A stretch of 64,000 nucleotides of DNA, taken from NCBI GenBank assembly GCA_039744075.1, contig JBCJUC010000004.1, positions 16,629 to 80,628 of the forward strand, written 5' to 3'. The DNA is from Solirubrobacteraceae bacterium. Lineage in GTDB: Bacteria; Actinomycetota; Thermoleophilia; Solirubrobacterales; Solirubrobacteraceae. Numbering within the stretch: the first letter of the stretch is position 1; every line of letters begins with the position of its first letter. The position numbers and the translations under genes were made by a program. The notes below the pieces were generated by a model, which searched no databases, had not been told where the DNA came from, and saw only the letters and a list, made by a program, of their open reading frames with translations. Shown piece by piece: positions 19,152 to 28,281 of the stretch.

Positions 19152-20524
19152 CAGATTGCCGCAGCGCGGCGGGCCTGCGCTACCGGGCGCTGCGGGTTGA
19201 GCCTTCGTTTGATGCGCACGCGGCCGCCGTCGGCTGGCACGAGCGTCAGCGAGCGGCGGGCGATCCGCTCCGGCCGGCCGGCCGCCTCGAGCTCAAAGTT
19301 GGTCAGCACGGCGCGCAGCACAGCCTTCATCTCAAACTGAGCAAACGAGGCGCCGACGCAGCGGCGCATGCCGCCGCCAAAGGGAATCCAGCTGTAGGTG
19401 CCAGGCGGATTGTCGAGGAACCGCTCGGGCCGGAAGCTAAACGGCTCCGGGTAGATGTCCTCGCGCAGATGGACGAGGATGATTGCCGGCGCAACGCGCG
19501 TGCCCGCGGGCAGGCGGAAGCGTCCTTGGCCGACCGTGATCGGCTCGGTGATCACGCGCAGAACAATCGGCAGCACCGGCCGCAGCCGCATCGTTTCGAA
19601 GATCACGGCGTCGCTGTAGGACTGATCGTCGCCGCCGCGCAGCTCGCTTGCGAGCCGCTGCAGCGCTTTCGGCTGATGGGTCAACTGCTCAAAGGCCCAG
19701 GCCAGTGAGCTGGCGGTAGTTTCGTGCCCGGCCAGCAGCAGCGTCATCAGCTCGTCGCGCAGTTCGATCTCGGTCATCGCCTCGCCGTCCTCGTCGCGGG
19801 CGGCCAGCAGCATCGAGAGAATGTCATCACGCTGATCGAGCAGCGGATCTGCGCGGCGCTCGGCGATCACGCGGTAGAGCTCCTCGTCAACCGGGTCCAG
19901 CACTTCGCGCAGGCGCCGCTCGAGCCGCTCCGAGTCGGGACCGACGATCAGGCTTAGCGCCAGTTGCCGGACGCTCGTGGTTGAGCTCAGCATCCGCCGT
20001 AGCAGCCGCCCGAGGCGCTCTAGCTCGAGCCCATCCTGAATCCCGAAAACGGCGCGCATGATCACCTCCAGCGTGATCCCCTGCATCCGCCCCAGCAGCT
20101 CAATCGTTTCGCCTTCCTGCCAGCCGGCCAGCTCGCGCTCAGCCGCCTCGGCCATGATCTGCTCGTAGCGCAGCATCCGCTCGCCATGAAATGGCGGCAG
20201 CAGCAGCCGGCGCTGACGCAGGTGCGCCGCTTCGTCGAGCAGCAGAATCGAGCGTTTGCCGACAACCGGCGCCAGCAGCTGATTCGCTGCGCCGGCGTGC
20301 ATTGCCTCAGCCGAGCCGGTGAAGACGGTGCGAATGTCATCGGGGTCGCTGAGCAGCACGAGTGGCTGCCCGTCAATCAGTTGCAGCGTGAAGACGTCAC
20401 CAAAACGCTCGCGCTGGCGGCAGGCAAACTGCTGCGGGCGCATCACCCACTGCAGCGCCTGGGCGTAGCGCGGCTGGCGCGGCCCCGGCGGCAGATCGAG
20501 CAGCGATGGCGCCGACAGTTCCAT
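19151..20524 (-). CDS. cytochrome P450
   Basis: Heme loop FGGGMRRCVGASFA, I-helix LLLAGHETTAS, ExxR ETMRLRP, N-terminal PPGP. Start trimmed to MELSAPSLLDLPPGP (ATG 20524). Confidence 0.9.
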   Translation of the reverse strand: MELSAPSLLDLPPGPRQPRYAQALQWVMRPQQFACRQRERFGDVFTLQLIDGQPLVLLSDPDDIRTVFTGSAEAMHAGAANQLLAPVVGKRSILLLDEAAHLRQRRLLLPPFHGERMLRYEQIMAEAAERELAGWQEGETIELLGRMQGITLEVIMRAVFGIQDGLELERLGRLLRRMLSSTTSVRQLALSLIVGPDSERLERRLREVLDPVDEELYRVIAERRADPLLDQRDDILSMLLAARDEDGEAMTEIELRDELMTLLLAGHETTASSLAWAFEQLTHQPKALQRLASELRGGDDQSYSDAVIFETMRLRPVLPIVLRVITEPITVGQGRFRLPAGTRVAPAIILVHLREDIYPEPFSFRPERFLDNPPGTYSWIPFGGGMRRCVGASFAQFEMKAVLRAVLTNFELEAAGRPERIARRSLTLVPADGGRVRIKRRLNPQRPVAQARRAAAI

Positions 20525-20601
20525 TGCGCCAGTTTCGCAGCTTCTGACCGGGCGGTCAGCAAGGCGCCGGGCGGCGCCAATCGCTAGCCTCCCCGATCCT
20601 G

Positions 20602-21513
20602 ATGCCAGCGCCGCAAACACCGGACGAAATCCGGGAAGTAAACGCCCGCTACCACGACGGGGCGTCTGTCCACTACGACGCTAAGTGGGGAATCGACTGG
20701 GGCGCGGTCGGGCGCGACCAGGTGCTGGGGAAGCTAGAGAAGGCGCTTGGCGGCGACGTTCCCCCGTTCGCGCGCTCATTGGAGATCGGCGCCGGAACCG
20801 GATACTTCTCGCTCCACATGAAGATGGCCGGAATCGTCGCCGACGCCACCTGCACCGACATCTCGCCTGGAATGATCGAGGTGCTCAAGGCCAATGCGAA
20901 GATGCTTGAGCTCGACGTTGAGACCGAGCTCTGCGACGCCGAGCAGCTGCCGTTTGAGGACGGCAGCTTCGACCTCGTATTCGGCCACGCAGTCCTCCAC
21001 CACATCCCCGACCTCGACCGGGCCTTCTCCGAATTCCACCGCGTCCTGAGCCCGGGCGGGATGATCCTCTTCGCCGGCGAGCCCTCCCGCCACGGCGACC
21101 GGCTGGCGCAGCTGCCCAAGCGCGCCGCGACCGCGATGGCACCCGCTTGGCGAGCGGCGATCCGCGCCGACGTCGCAGCGGAGGGCCACGCCGACGGCGG
21201 CGAAGCCAACCACAAGCTCGAGCAGCGCGTCGACGTGCACGCCTTCCTGCCTTCCGACCTAGAGGGCGCGGCCGAGCGGGCCGGGTTCGACGAGGTGAAG
21301 GTGAACGGCGAGGAGCTGCTGGCCAACTGGTTCGGCTGGACCAACCGGGCACTCGAGAGCACGGCGGTCAGTGAGCAGGTGCCGCAGCTCTGGCGTCAAT
21401 ACGCCTTCCGCGGTTACATCGCTCTACAGAAGCTTGACCGCAGACTGCTGGAAGGCCGGCTGCCAGCCACGATCTTCTACAACCTGCTGCTCAGCGCCCG
21501 CCGCCCGCTCTGA
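20602..21513 (+). CDS. class I SAM-dependent methyltransferase
   Basis: Motif I LEIGAGTGYFS, then DLVFGHAVLHHIPD and GGMILFAGEP. Divergent from the P450 operon. Confidence 0.85.
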   Translation: MPAPQTPDEIREVNARYHDGASVHYDAKWGIDWGAVGRDQVLGKLEKALGGDVPPFARSLEIGAGTGYFSLHMKMAGIVADATCTDISPGMIEVLKANAKMLELDVETELCDAEQLPFEDGSFDLVFGHAVLHHIPDLDRAFSEFHRVLSPGGMILFAGEPSRHGDRLAQLPKRAATAMAPAWRAAIRADVAAEGHADGGEANHKLEQRVDVHAFLPSDLEGAAERAGFDEVKVNGEELLANWFGWTNRALESTAVSEQVPQLWRQYAFRGYIALQKLDRRLLEGRLPATIFYNLLLSARRPL

Positions 21514-21538
21514 ACGGCCGCGGTCGTTTCGGCTGAGT

Positions 21539-21970
21539 TCAGCGCGGCAGGCCGCAAACGTTCTTTGCCAACTCGCGCGTCAGCCGCGCCGCGGCGTAAA
21601 AGACCGGCGGCTGAGGCCGCGAGCTGTCACTGAAGCTGACCTGACCAAACTCAGTCTCAATCCGGTAGCGCAGGATCGTGTACTTGGCGGGTTTCAGATT
21701 GACCGCTTTGCGCGCTGGCCCGGGCTCCATGTCGTCGCCGTTAAGATCACCAGCGACGGCGCGCGCTTCGATCAGCTGGGCGTTACTGATCTCCCTTACC
21801 GGCCCACCGTTGCAGCGGACTGTGCCGCCATCACCAACGACCATCGTCAGTTTTGCGCCGGGCACCGAACCGCTGCGGTTGACGACAAACAGATCGGCCG
21901 ATGGGCCGCCGCAGCCAACCGCAAGCGCAGCGCCAGCAAGCAGCGCCGCGGTTCCAGCGCTGCGCGTCAT
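21539..21970 (-). CDS. lipoprotein of unknown function
   Basis: Signal peptide with lipobox LLAGAALAVGC. Its ATG overlaps the ggt stop (ATGA). Confidence 0.6.
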   Translation of the reverse strand: MTRSAGTAALLAGAALAVGCGGPSADLFVVNRSGSVPGAKLTMVVGDGGTVRCNGGPVREISNAQLIEARAVAGDLNGDDMEPGPARKAVNLKPAKYTILRYRIETEFGQVSFSDSSRPQPPVFYAAARLTRELAKNVCGLPR

Positions 21971-23454
21971 GCGGCGACCGCCGCGCCGCCGCGCCGCGGA
22001 TCACCGGCGCCGGCAAGTTCGCCGCTGGCAGGGTCACGGCTAACGGCTTGCGTTCCACCAAAGAAAAGGTTCTCAGAGCGGAACTGAACGAGCTCGCGGT
22101 CACCACGATCGAGCCGTTCCAGCCGCACACCAGGTTCAGCGAACAACGTGCCGCCCTCGCTGTGAAAGCGCGGCGCGTTGACGGCCGCTTGAAGGTCGGC
22201 GCCGTGATCGATCAGATTGACAATCACCTGCAGGATCGCCGACCGGATCCGGTTGGAGCCGGCGCTGCCGATCGCCAACTCAACCTCACCATCATTGCCC
22301 AGCACGACGGTCGGCGCCATCATCGACGGCATCCGCTGCCCGGGGGCGGCGCGGAAGAAGCCAAGCGGATTGAGGTCCTCCTCACCCATCATGTTGTTGA
22401 CCTGAATCCCGGTTCCCGGCACGACGATGCCGGAGCCTTCGCCGTTTGAGCAGGTAACCGAGCAGGCCCGCCCGGCGCTGTCGATCACGCTGATGTGAGT
22501 CGTCGAGCCAAGGTTGGCGGCAAGAAAGCGGCGCAGGAAGTCCGGGTCGATCAGCCCGGCCGTGAACTGCGGCGTGCGCAGCGCCTGAACCTGATCGATG
22601 ACAGCGAGCAGCTGCGCATCGCTCGGCGCGCCCTGCGGGCAGCTCTGCTCCAGCAGCGAAAAGGCCAGCACCAGCAGCGCGCCGCCGGCCGACGGCGGTG
22701 GATTGGTCAGCACGCTGCGACCGCGGTAACTGGCCTGCGCCGGTTCGCGCGCAATCACCTCGTAGGCCTCAAGGTCAGCCTGATCAAGCAGCCCTCCGAG
22801 CCGCTGTACCTCGTCAACCATCGCGGCGCCGATGTCGCCTTCGTAGAAGGGTGCTGCGCCGTCGACGCCGAGCCGCTCGATCGTCTCGGCAAGCTCGTCG
22901 CTGGCAAAGCTCTCGCCCAGCGCCAGCGAGCGGCCGTCGCGAGTGAACTCGGCCGCGGCGCCGGGCGTTGAAACGAGGATCCCGTTGAGGATTTTAAAGA
23001 CGTATGCCTGTGCTTCGTTGAGCGGCACACCGTCGCGCGCCAGCTGCGCTGCCGGCGCCGCCAGGTCGGCCAGCGGGATCGTCGACCAGCGCTCTGCCGC
23101 CGCGGCGATACCGGCAGGACTGCCGGGAACACCGCACGACGCGGCGCCGCAGTTGAAGGTCTGCTCGGCGTCGCCGAAGGAGACTTCAACGGGGAGCAGC
23201 GGCGCGTGCTGCTGATTGGCGCCGTGGCCAGGCGCGGCAACAAAGAAGTCGAGCAGCGTCGGCTGCTCGCCGGCTCCGGCGACGAGCATGTAGCCACCAG
23301 CGCCGGGCCCGGTCAGCAGTGGTTCACAGACCCATGAGGCGAGCACGGCGGCGATCGCCGCGTCAACCGCGTTGCCACCGGCGCGCAGCACGCCGGCGCC
23401 GACCTCGGCGGTTCGAGGGTGTCCTGCAGCAACGATGCCCGCGGCGCCGGTCAT
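21967..23454 (-). CDS. ggt: gamma-glutamyltransferase
   Basis: Autoprocessing and nucleophile region NLGSTTHISVIDSAG, and C-terminal GGTQAV...GAGDPRRGG. Confidence 0.88.
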   Translation of the reverse strand: MTGAAGIVAAGHPRTAEVGAGVLRAGGNAVDAAIAAVLASWVCEPLLTGPGAGGYMLVAGAGEQPTLLDFFVAAPGHGANQQHAPLLPVEVSFGDAEQTFNCGAASCGVPGSPAGIAAAAERWSTIPLADLAAPAAQLARDGVPLNEAQAYVFKILNGILVSTPGAAAEFTRDGRSLALGESFASDELAETIERLGVDGAAPFYEGDIGAAMVDEVQRLGGLLDQADLEAYEVIAREPAQASYRGRSVLTNPPPSAGGALLVLAFSLLEQSCPQGAPSDAQLLAVIDQVQALRTPQFTAGLIDPDFLRRFLAANLGSTTHISVIDSAGRACSVTCSNGEGSGIVVPGTGIQVNNMMGEEDLNPLGFFRAAPGQRMPSMMAPTVVLGNDGEVELAIGSAGSNRIRSAILQVIVNLIDHGADLQAAVNAPRFHSEGGTLFAEPGVRLERLDRGDRELVQFRSENLFFGGTQAVSRDPASGELAGAGDPRRGGAAVAA

Positions 23455-23508
23455 CGACCGTAAAGTAGTGGCGGCAGCGCCGAACTGCGCTGTGCCAAGC
23501 GAAGCGGG

Positions 23509-24921
23509 CTAGCCGCGCGGCAGGAACTCAGGCACATCGAGCGTGTCGATCCCGGTGCCGGTGCGGACCGTGTTCTTACCTAAGCGCGAACCACGTCCAC
23601 GCTCAACTTTTGGCTCACCGGCTGGCTCATCAACGCGCTGGCGGCGGCCACGGCGGCCTACTTCGTCATAGCGGGTTGCGACAACCGTCACCCAAACCTG
23701 ATCGTCGAGGGCGTCGTCAATCATCGCACCGAAGATGATCGTCGCCTCCGGATGAGCTGCCTCGGAGACTGCCTTGGCAGCCTCGTTGATCTCCCACAGC
23801 GACAGATCGCTGCCGCCGGTGATCGACAGCAAGATTGAACGGGCGCCGTTGATGTCGGTCTCCAGCAGCGGTGACGAAACAGCCTGCGCTGCGGCGTCAA
23901 GCGCGCGTGACTCGCCGGTCCCCATACCGATTCCAAGCAACGCCGAACCGGCGTCGGACATGATCGTCCGCACGTCGGCAAAGTCGAGGTTGATGATCCC
24001 CGGCAGCGTGACGAGGTCGGAGATTCCCTGGACACCTTGACGCAGCACGTCATCGGCGATCCGGAAGGCTTCGACCATCGAGGTGCGCTGGTCAAGCACC
24101 TCGAGCAGACGATTGTTGGGTACCACGATCAGCGTGTCGACCTCTTCGCGCAGGGCGTCGATGCCGAGCGATGCGGTTGACGCGCGGCGCGTCCCCTCAA
24201 AACCAAATGGGCGCGTGATAATGCCAACTGTAAGAGCGCCAACCTCACGCGCGATGCGGGCGACGATCGGCGCCGCACCGGTACCGGTGCCGCCGCCTGC
24301 GCCGGCCGCGACGAAGACCATGTCGGAGCCCTTCAGCAGATGCTTGATGCGGTCGTAGTCCTCCATCGCTGCAGCGCGACCAAGCTCCGGATCGGATCCT
24401 GCGCCGAGGCCGCGCGTCAGCGCCTCGCCGATGTGAACTGTCACGTCAGCCTGTGTCTGCTGGATCGATTGCACGTCAGTGTTGACGGCGATGAACTCGA
24501 CCCCAGCAATACCTGCTTCGATCATCCGGTCGACGGCATTCACTCCGGCTCCGCCGACGCCAACGACGCGCAGCACGGGGCCGCCCTTCTTGGCCTTCGA
24601 CGAGCGGTTGTCGACCGGGTCAGGAGCTGGCGGCATCAGCGGCGGCGCGAGCGGCGGCTCGTCGATCTGATTTTCCGGAATCTCTGAACTGAAGGCGCTG
24701 CGCAGCCGTTCCTGCGGCGACGGCGTGCTGCGTACCCCGGTCGCCGGCGTCTCCTGGCGGCCAGCCTGCGTCTGGGCTTCGCCGGGGCCGGCAGCTGGCG
24801 TTGCCGGCTCGACCGGCGGCTGCTTCTCGGCCTCCTCGGAGCCGGTCTTCGCGGTCCGGCGGAAAAGTTCTGAGAGCGGGCCCTCACGCATGCTGGCGCG
24901 GCTCTTCTTGTTCTTAGCCAT
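23509..24921 (-). CDS. ftsZ: cell division GTPase FtsZ with an N-terminal extension of about 115 aa
   Basis: Tubulin signature AGAGGGTGTGAAP, T7 loop NLDFADV, C-terminal peptide DTLDVPEFLPR. The ATG at 24921 has GGAGG 9 nt upstream. GC3 bias continues through the extension. The globular core starts at VLRVVGVGGAGVNAV. Confidence 0.9.
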   Translation of the reverse strand: MAKNKKSRASMREGPLSELFRRTAKTGSEEAEKQPPVEPATPAAGPGEAQTQAGRQETPATGVRSTPSPQERLRSAFSSEIPENQIDEPPLAPPLMPPAPDPVDNRSSKAKKGGPVLRVVGVGGAGVNAVDRMIEAGIAGVEFIAVNTDVQSIQQTQADVTVHIGEALTRGLGAGSDPELGRAAAMEDYDRIKHLLKGSDMVFVAAGAGGGTGTGAAPIVARIAREVGALTVGIITRPFGFEGTRRASTASLGIDALREEVDTLIVVPNNRLLEVLDQRTSMVEAFRIADDVLRQGVQGISDLVTLPGIINLDFADVRTIMSDAGSALLGIGMGTGESRALDAAAQAVSSPLLETDINGARSILLSITGGSDLSLWEINEAAKAVSEAAHPEATIIFGAMIDDALDDQVWVTVVATRYDEVGRRGRRQRVDEPAGEPKVERGRGSRLGKNTVRTGTGIDTLDVPEFLPRG

Positions 24922-25678
24922 GTGACAGCACCTCCTTCGCGAGGGCGCGGTAGGAGTCTGCAGCGCTGCCGTTGGGCTCGTACTTAAGCACCGACATCCC
25001 CTGAACGGGAGCTTCAGCGAAACGGATCGTCTTGCGGATCCGCGAGGCAAAGACGCGGTCGCCGAAGTTCTCTTCGAGGATCTCAATCGCCTCCTTGGCG
25101 TGAACCGTGCGCGTGTCCATCAGCGTCGGCAGGATCCCTTCGATCTCAATCTCGGGGTTGAGGTTTTCGCGAATCATCTGCAGCGTGTTCTGCAACTGGA
25201 TTAGGCCGCGCATTGATAGATATTCGCACTGCACGGGGACGATCACCTTGGTGGCTGCGGTCAGCGCGTTGATCGTCAGCAGGCCGAGGCTCGGCGGCGT
25301 GTCAATGCAGATAAAGTCGTAATCGTCGACGACCGCGGTCAGCGCCTTCTGCAACGAGCGTTCGCGGCCGATCTTCGTCGACATTGCGATCTCAGCGCCG
25401 GCCAGGTCGATTGAGGCCGGAGCGAGATCAATCTCACGCGTGACGATCACGTCGCGGATCGGCTTGTCGTGCACGAGCACGTCGTAGATCGAGTTTTCAA
25501 GCGTGTCGGGGTCGATCCCCTGAGACATCGTCAGGTTTCCCTGCGGATCCATGTCGATGCACAGCACGCGATGGCCGGACTCGGCTAGGGCGACGGCAAG
25601 GTTGAGCGTCGTCGTCGTTTTGGCGACGCCGCCCTTCTGGTTGGCGAATGCGATGATTCTGGGCTTTTTCTTATCCAC
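24914..25678 (-). CDS. parA: ParA/Soj-family partitioning ATPase
   Basis: Deviant Walker A IIAFANQKGGVAKTTTTLNLA, DYDFICIDTPPSLG, and C-terminal FAEAPVQGMSVLKYEP. Start set at GTG 25678 (VDKKKPRII); GTG 25717 is an alternative. The 409-aa longest ORF is rejected. Confidence 0.88.
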   Translation of the reverse strand: MDKKKPRIIAFANQKGGVAKTTTTLNLAVALAESGHRVLCIDMDPQGNLTMSQGIDPDTLENSIYDVLVHDKPIRDVIVTREIDLAPASIDLAGAEIAMSTKIGRERSLQKALTAVVDDYDFICIDTPPSLGLLTINALTAATKVIVPVQCEYLSMRGLIQLQNTLQMIRENLNPEIEIEGILPTLMDTRTVHAKEAIEILEENFGDRVFASRIRKTIRFAEAPVQGMSVLKYEPNGSAADSYRALAKEVLSHG

Positions 25679-25790
25679 GGGAGGGGCTCCGGTCGTCTGT
25701 TGGACCCGTACTCGCACTTTATTCGCAGTAGCGGCGCTGATTCCTTCCCGCCCGGCGCAGCAACTGCGCCGACCGTAGGCTGTTGAGTGC

Positions 25791-26915
25791 ATGGCAAGTT
25801 CGATTGAAACCCGCCTTGAAGGCCTCGCCGTAATCATCTGTGCCGGCTCCGGCGGCGTCGGCAAGACGACCGCCGCCGCCGCGATCGCAGCAGGACTGGC
25901 GGCCAGCGGCAGCCGTGTCGCCGTTGTCACGATCGACCCGGCTAAGCGGCTCGCCGACGCGCTGGGGCTGGAGCAACTCGAAAACCAGCCTGTGCTGGTT
26001 GACGGCGCACGCTTTGCGCCGGCCGGGCTTGAGATCAGCGGCGAGCTGTGGGCAATGACACTGAACTCAAAGCAAACCTTCGATGAACTGATTGACAGCC
26101 TTGCGCCGGACGCTGGCAGGCGCGACGAAATCCTCTCAAACAAGATCTACCAGCAGCTGTCAGGCGCAATCGCCGGATCGCAGGAGTTCACGGCCGTCGC
26201 CAAGCTTTACGAACTAAACCGCTCCGGCCGCTTTGACGTGATCGTGCTGGACACGCCGCCGTCGCGCAACGCGCTGGACTTCCTTGACGCGCCGGACCGG
26301 CTGACCGGCTTTTTCGATGGCCGCGCACTGAAGTTTCTGCTGGCGCCAACCGGCTTTGCGGCGCGCGCGCTGGGCGTTGGCACCGGCGCGATCCTAAGCG
26401 TGATGAAGCGGATCACCGGCGTTGAGCTGCTGGAAGACCTTTCGGACTTCTTCCAGGCGCTGGGCGGCCTGATCGACGGCTTTCGCGAGCGCGCCGACGG
26501 CGTGCGCGAACTGCTCGCCGACGCGGCGACCGGATTCGTTGTGATCAGCTCACCGGCGCGGGAGTCCGGCGACGAAGCTGTCTTCTTCAGCGACAAGCTG
26601 CGCAGCTCCAACATGAAGCTGGCGGCGCTGGTTATCAACCGTGTCCACCTTGTAGCCAGCGGCGCGCTGCCGGCACCGACGCCGGCCGAGGCGGCAGCGC
26701 TGCTCGACGCGAAGTTGGGCGAACCGCTGGCGGCCCCGGTACTGGCCAGCTACCTCAGTGCACTGGCCGTCGCCCAGCGTAACGGGGCGGCGATCGCTCG
26801 CCTGGCCGAAGAGGTCGGAACAAGCGATCCGATCATCGTGCCGGAGCTGCCCGGCGATGTCAGCGACGTCGCCGGGCTGGTCGCGGTTCAGCGGGCGCTG
26901 TGGGGCCGCGGCTAA
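25791..26915 (+). CDS. ArsA/GET3-family (anion-transporting-ATPase-like) P-loop ATPase
   Basis: VIICAGSGGVGKTTAAAAIA, VTIDPAKRLADALGL, VIVLDTPPSRNALDFL. Confidence 0.85.
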   Translation: MASSIETRLEGLAVIICAGSGGVGKTTAAAAIAAGLAASGSRVAVVTIDPAKRLADALGLEQLENQPVLVDGARFAPAGLEISGELWAMTLNSKQTFDELIDSLAPDAGRRDEILSNKIYQQLSGAIAGSQEFTAVAKLYELNRSGRFDVIVLDTPPSRNALDFLDAPDRLTGFFDGRALKFLLAPTGFAARALGVGTGAILSVMKRITGVELLEDLSDFFQALGGLIDGFRERADGVRELLADAATGFVVISSPARESGDEAVFFSDKLRSSNMKLAALVINRVHLVASGALPAPTPAEAAALLDAKLGEPLAAPVLASYLSALAVAQRNGAAIARLAEEVGTSDPIIVPELPGDVSDVAGLVAVQRALWGRG

Positions 26916-28216
26916 AGCGGCGGCCGCAGCGACTCGTAGCGGTCGGTCGGATCGACCGGCGGCGCTTCGTCGGCCGGCGCTGCCTGAGGAGCTGCCTCGG
27001 CCAGGATCGAGTCGGCAAGTGCGACCAGGTCGCTGCTGAGATGGCCGCAGCAGGCGTCGCGCAGCAGCGCCCGCAGATAGCCCTCGAACTCGTAGACAGC
27101 GGGCGCCGTGCTGTCGCCGCCGGCCTCGCCAGCGATCAGCGCCTGCTCCAGCGCGGCGGTCCGGGCAAAACTCTCGGTCAGCGCTGCGCGGCGCTGCGGT
27201 TCGGCGCAGAGCGCCGCAAGGCGGCCCGCCAGCCGGCCCGATGTCGGCCCTTCTGGCTCCAGCAGCGCTCGCGCTGCCAGCAGCAGGTCGCTCAGCGCCT
27301 CGGAGGGCAGCGTGCGCTGGTGTGCGAGGTCAAAACGGCGCAGCGCCCAGGCCAGCTCGCCCGAACGCGGCTCGCGGCGACCGACGAGGCTGAGGAATGC
27401 GCGCAGCTCATCCTCCTGCGCAGGCTCAATCAGCACCAACGGCTGCGGCTCGGAAGACTCGGCGCTGATCGCAACCGCCTGCCACGGCCCGGCGCCAATC
27501 CACGACCAGCCGAGCGGCGCCAGCGAGACCGGTTCAGCGTGGTAGAGCCGCAGTCCGGCAACAAGCTTGCGTAGTGACGTGCGCGACGCTTGCAGCGGGC
27601 CCGTATCGCCCGGTACCGGCGCGCGGCGGACAATCACCAGCGTCTGCGGGCTGCCATCGAGCCGCGACCAGCGCGCCTCATCGGGCGCTTCATCGCTCTG
27701 TTCGCCGCGTACCAGCGTCATGCCGTCGCCAAGCTTGACCTCGTCGGAGGCCAGCTCAACGCCCAGCAACACAGCGACCACGCTGTGCTCAGCGCGCTCC
27801 TCGGCGACGCACTTCTCAAGCTCCTGGTAGGCGTTATCGAAGCAGCGCTCATCGAAGACAAAGTCGCTGGAGTCAACGAAGACTCGCGCCAGGAAGCAGT
27901 GCAGCGCCAGGTCGGCGCTCTGGCGGCCCGGGCCGGGCGGTCGGACCGACTGTGAGTCGAGGTAGTCGGCGAGGCTGCCGATCGCAACCAGCGCGTGGGC
28001 GGCCGGCAGATAGGTCGGTAGCTGCGACAGCACGCCGCTGCGTTCCGAGATGAAATCGGCCGTTAGCGGCCGGTAGCAGTAGAGCGGCGAGTCGCGGCGG
28101 CCGGACTCGACCACCTCGAACGGCAGTTCATGGCCTTCATGCGTGTCGCTCGCCAGCTGCCAGGCAGCCTCCTGCGTGAAGGCATGCAGCGCGGCGCGAA
28201 GTTGGCGCAATCCCAT
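26912..28216 (-). CDS. hypothetical protein, no domain recognised
   Basis: Long ORF with consistent GC3, no TM helix and no motif I recognise. Start trimmed to MGLRQLRAAL (ATG 28216) to leave a promoter gap before the divergent His-rich gene. The longest ORF reaches 28351. Confidence 0.6.
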   Translation of the reverse strand: MGLRQLRAALHAFTQEAAWQLASDTHEGHELPFEVVESGRRDSPLYCYRPLTADFISERSGVLSQLPTYLPAAHALVAIGSLADYLDSQSVRPPGPGRQSADLALHCFLARVFVDSSDFVFDERCFDNAYQELEKCVAEERAEHSVVAVLLGVELASDEVKLGDGMTLVRGEQSDEAPDEARWSRLDGSPQTLVIVRRAPVPGDTGPLQASRTSLRKLVAGLRLYHAEPVSLAPLGWSWIGAGPWQAVAISAESSEPQPLVLIEPAQEDELRAFLSLVGRREPRSGELAWALRRFDLAHQRTLPSEALSDLLLAARALLEPEGPTSGRLAGRLAALCAEPQRRAALTESFARTAALEQALIAGEAGGDSTAPAVYEFEGYLRALLRDACCGHLSSDLVALADSILAEAAPQAAPADEAPPVDPTDRYESLRPPL

Positions 28217-28281
28217 GACTCCCCGATTCGCCGCGAGCGCCGTCGATCCTGCCATCGAGGCCGCGCGGTAGCCTATTACCG

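Noticed and set aside
18653-19708. 351-aa plus-strand ORF over the methyltransferase/P450 junction
   Set aside because: Arg-rich shadow frame. The minus strand encodes a P450 heme loop and a SAM motif I at the same place.
24914-26143. Full 409-aa version of the ParA ORF
   Set aside because: The extra 150 N-terminal residues are Ser/Ala/Pro-rich and would run through the divergent promoter and the first 350 nt of the ArsA-like gene. ParA homologues begin a few residues before the KGG Walker A.
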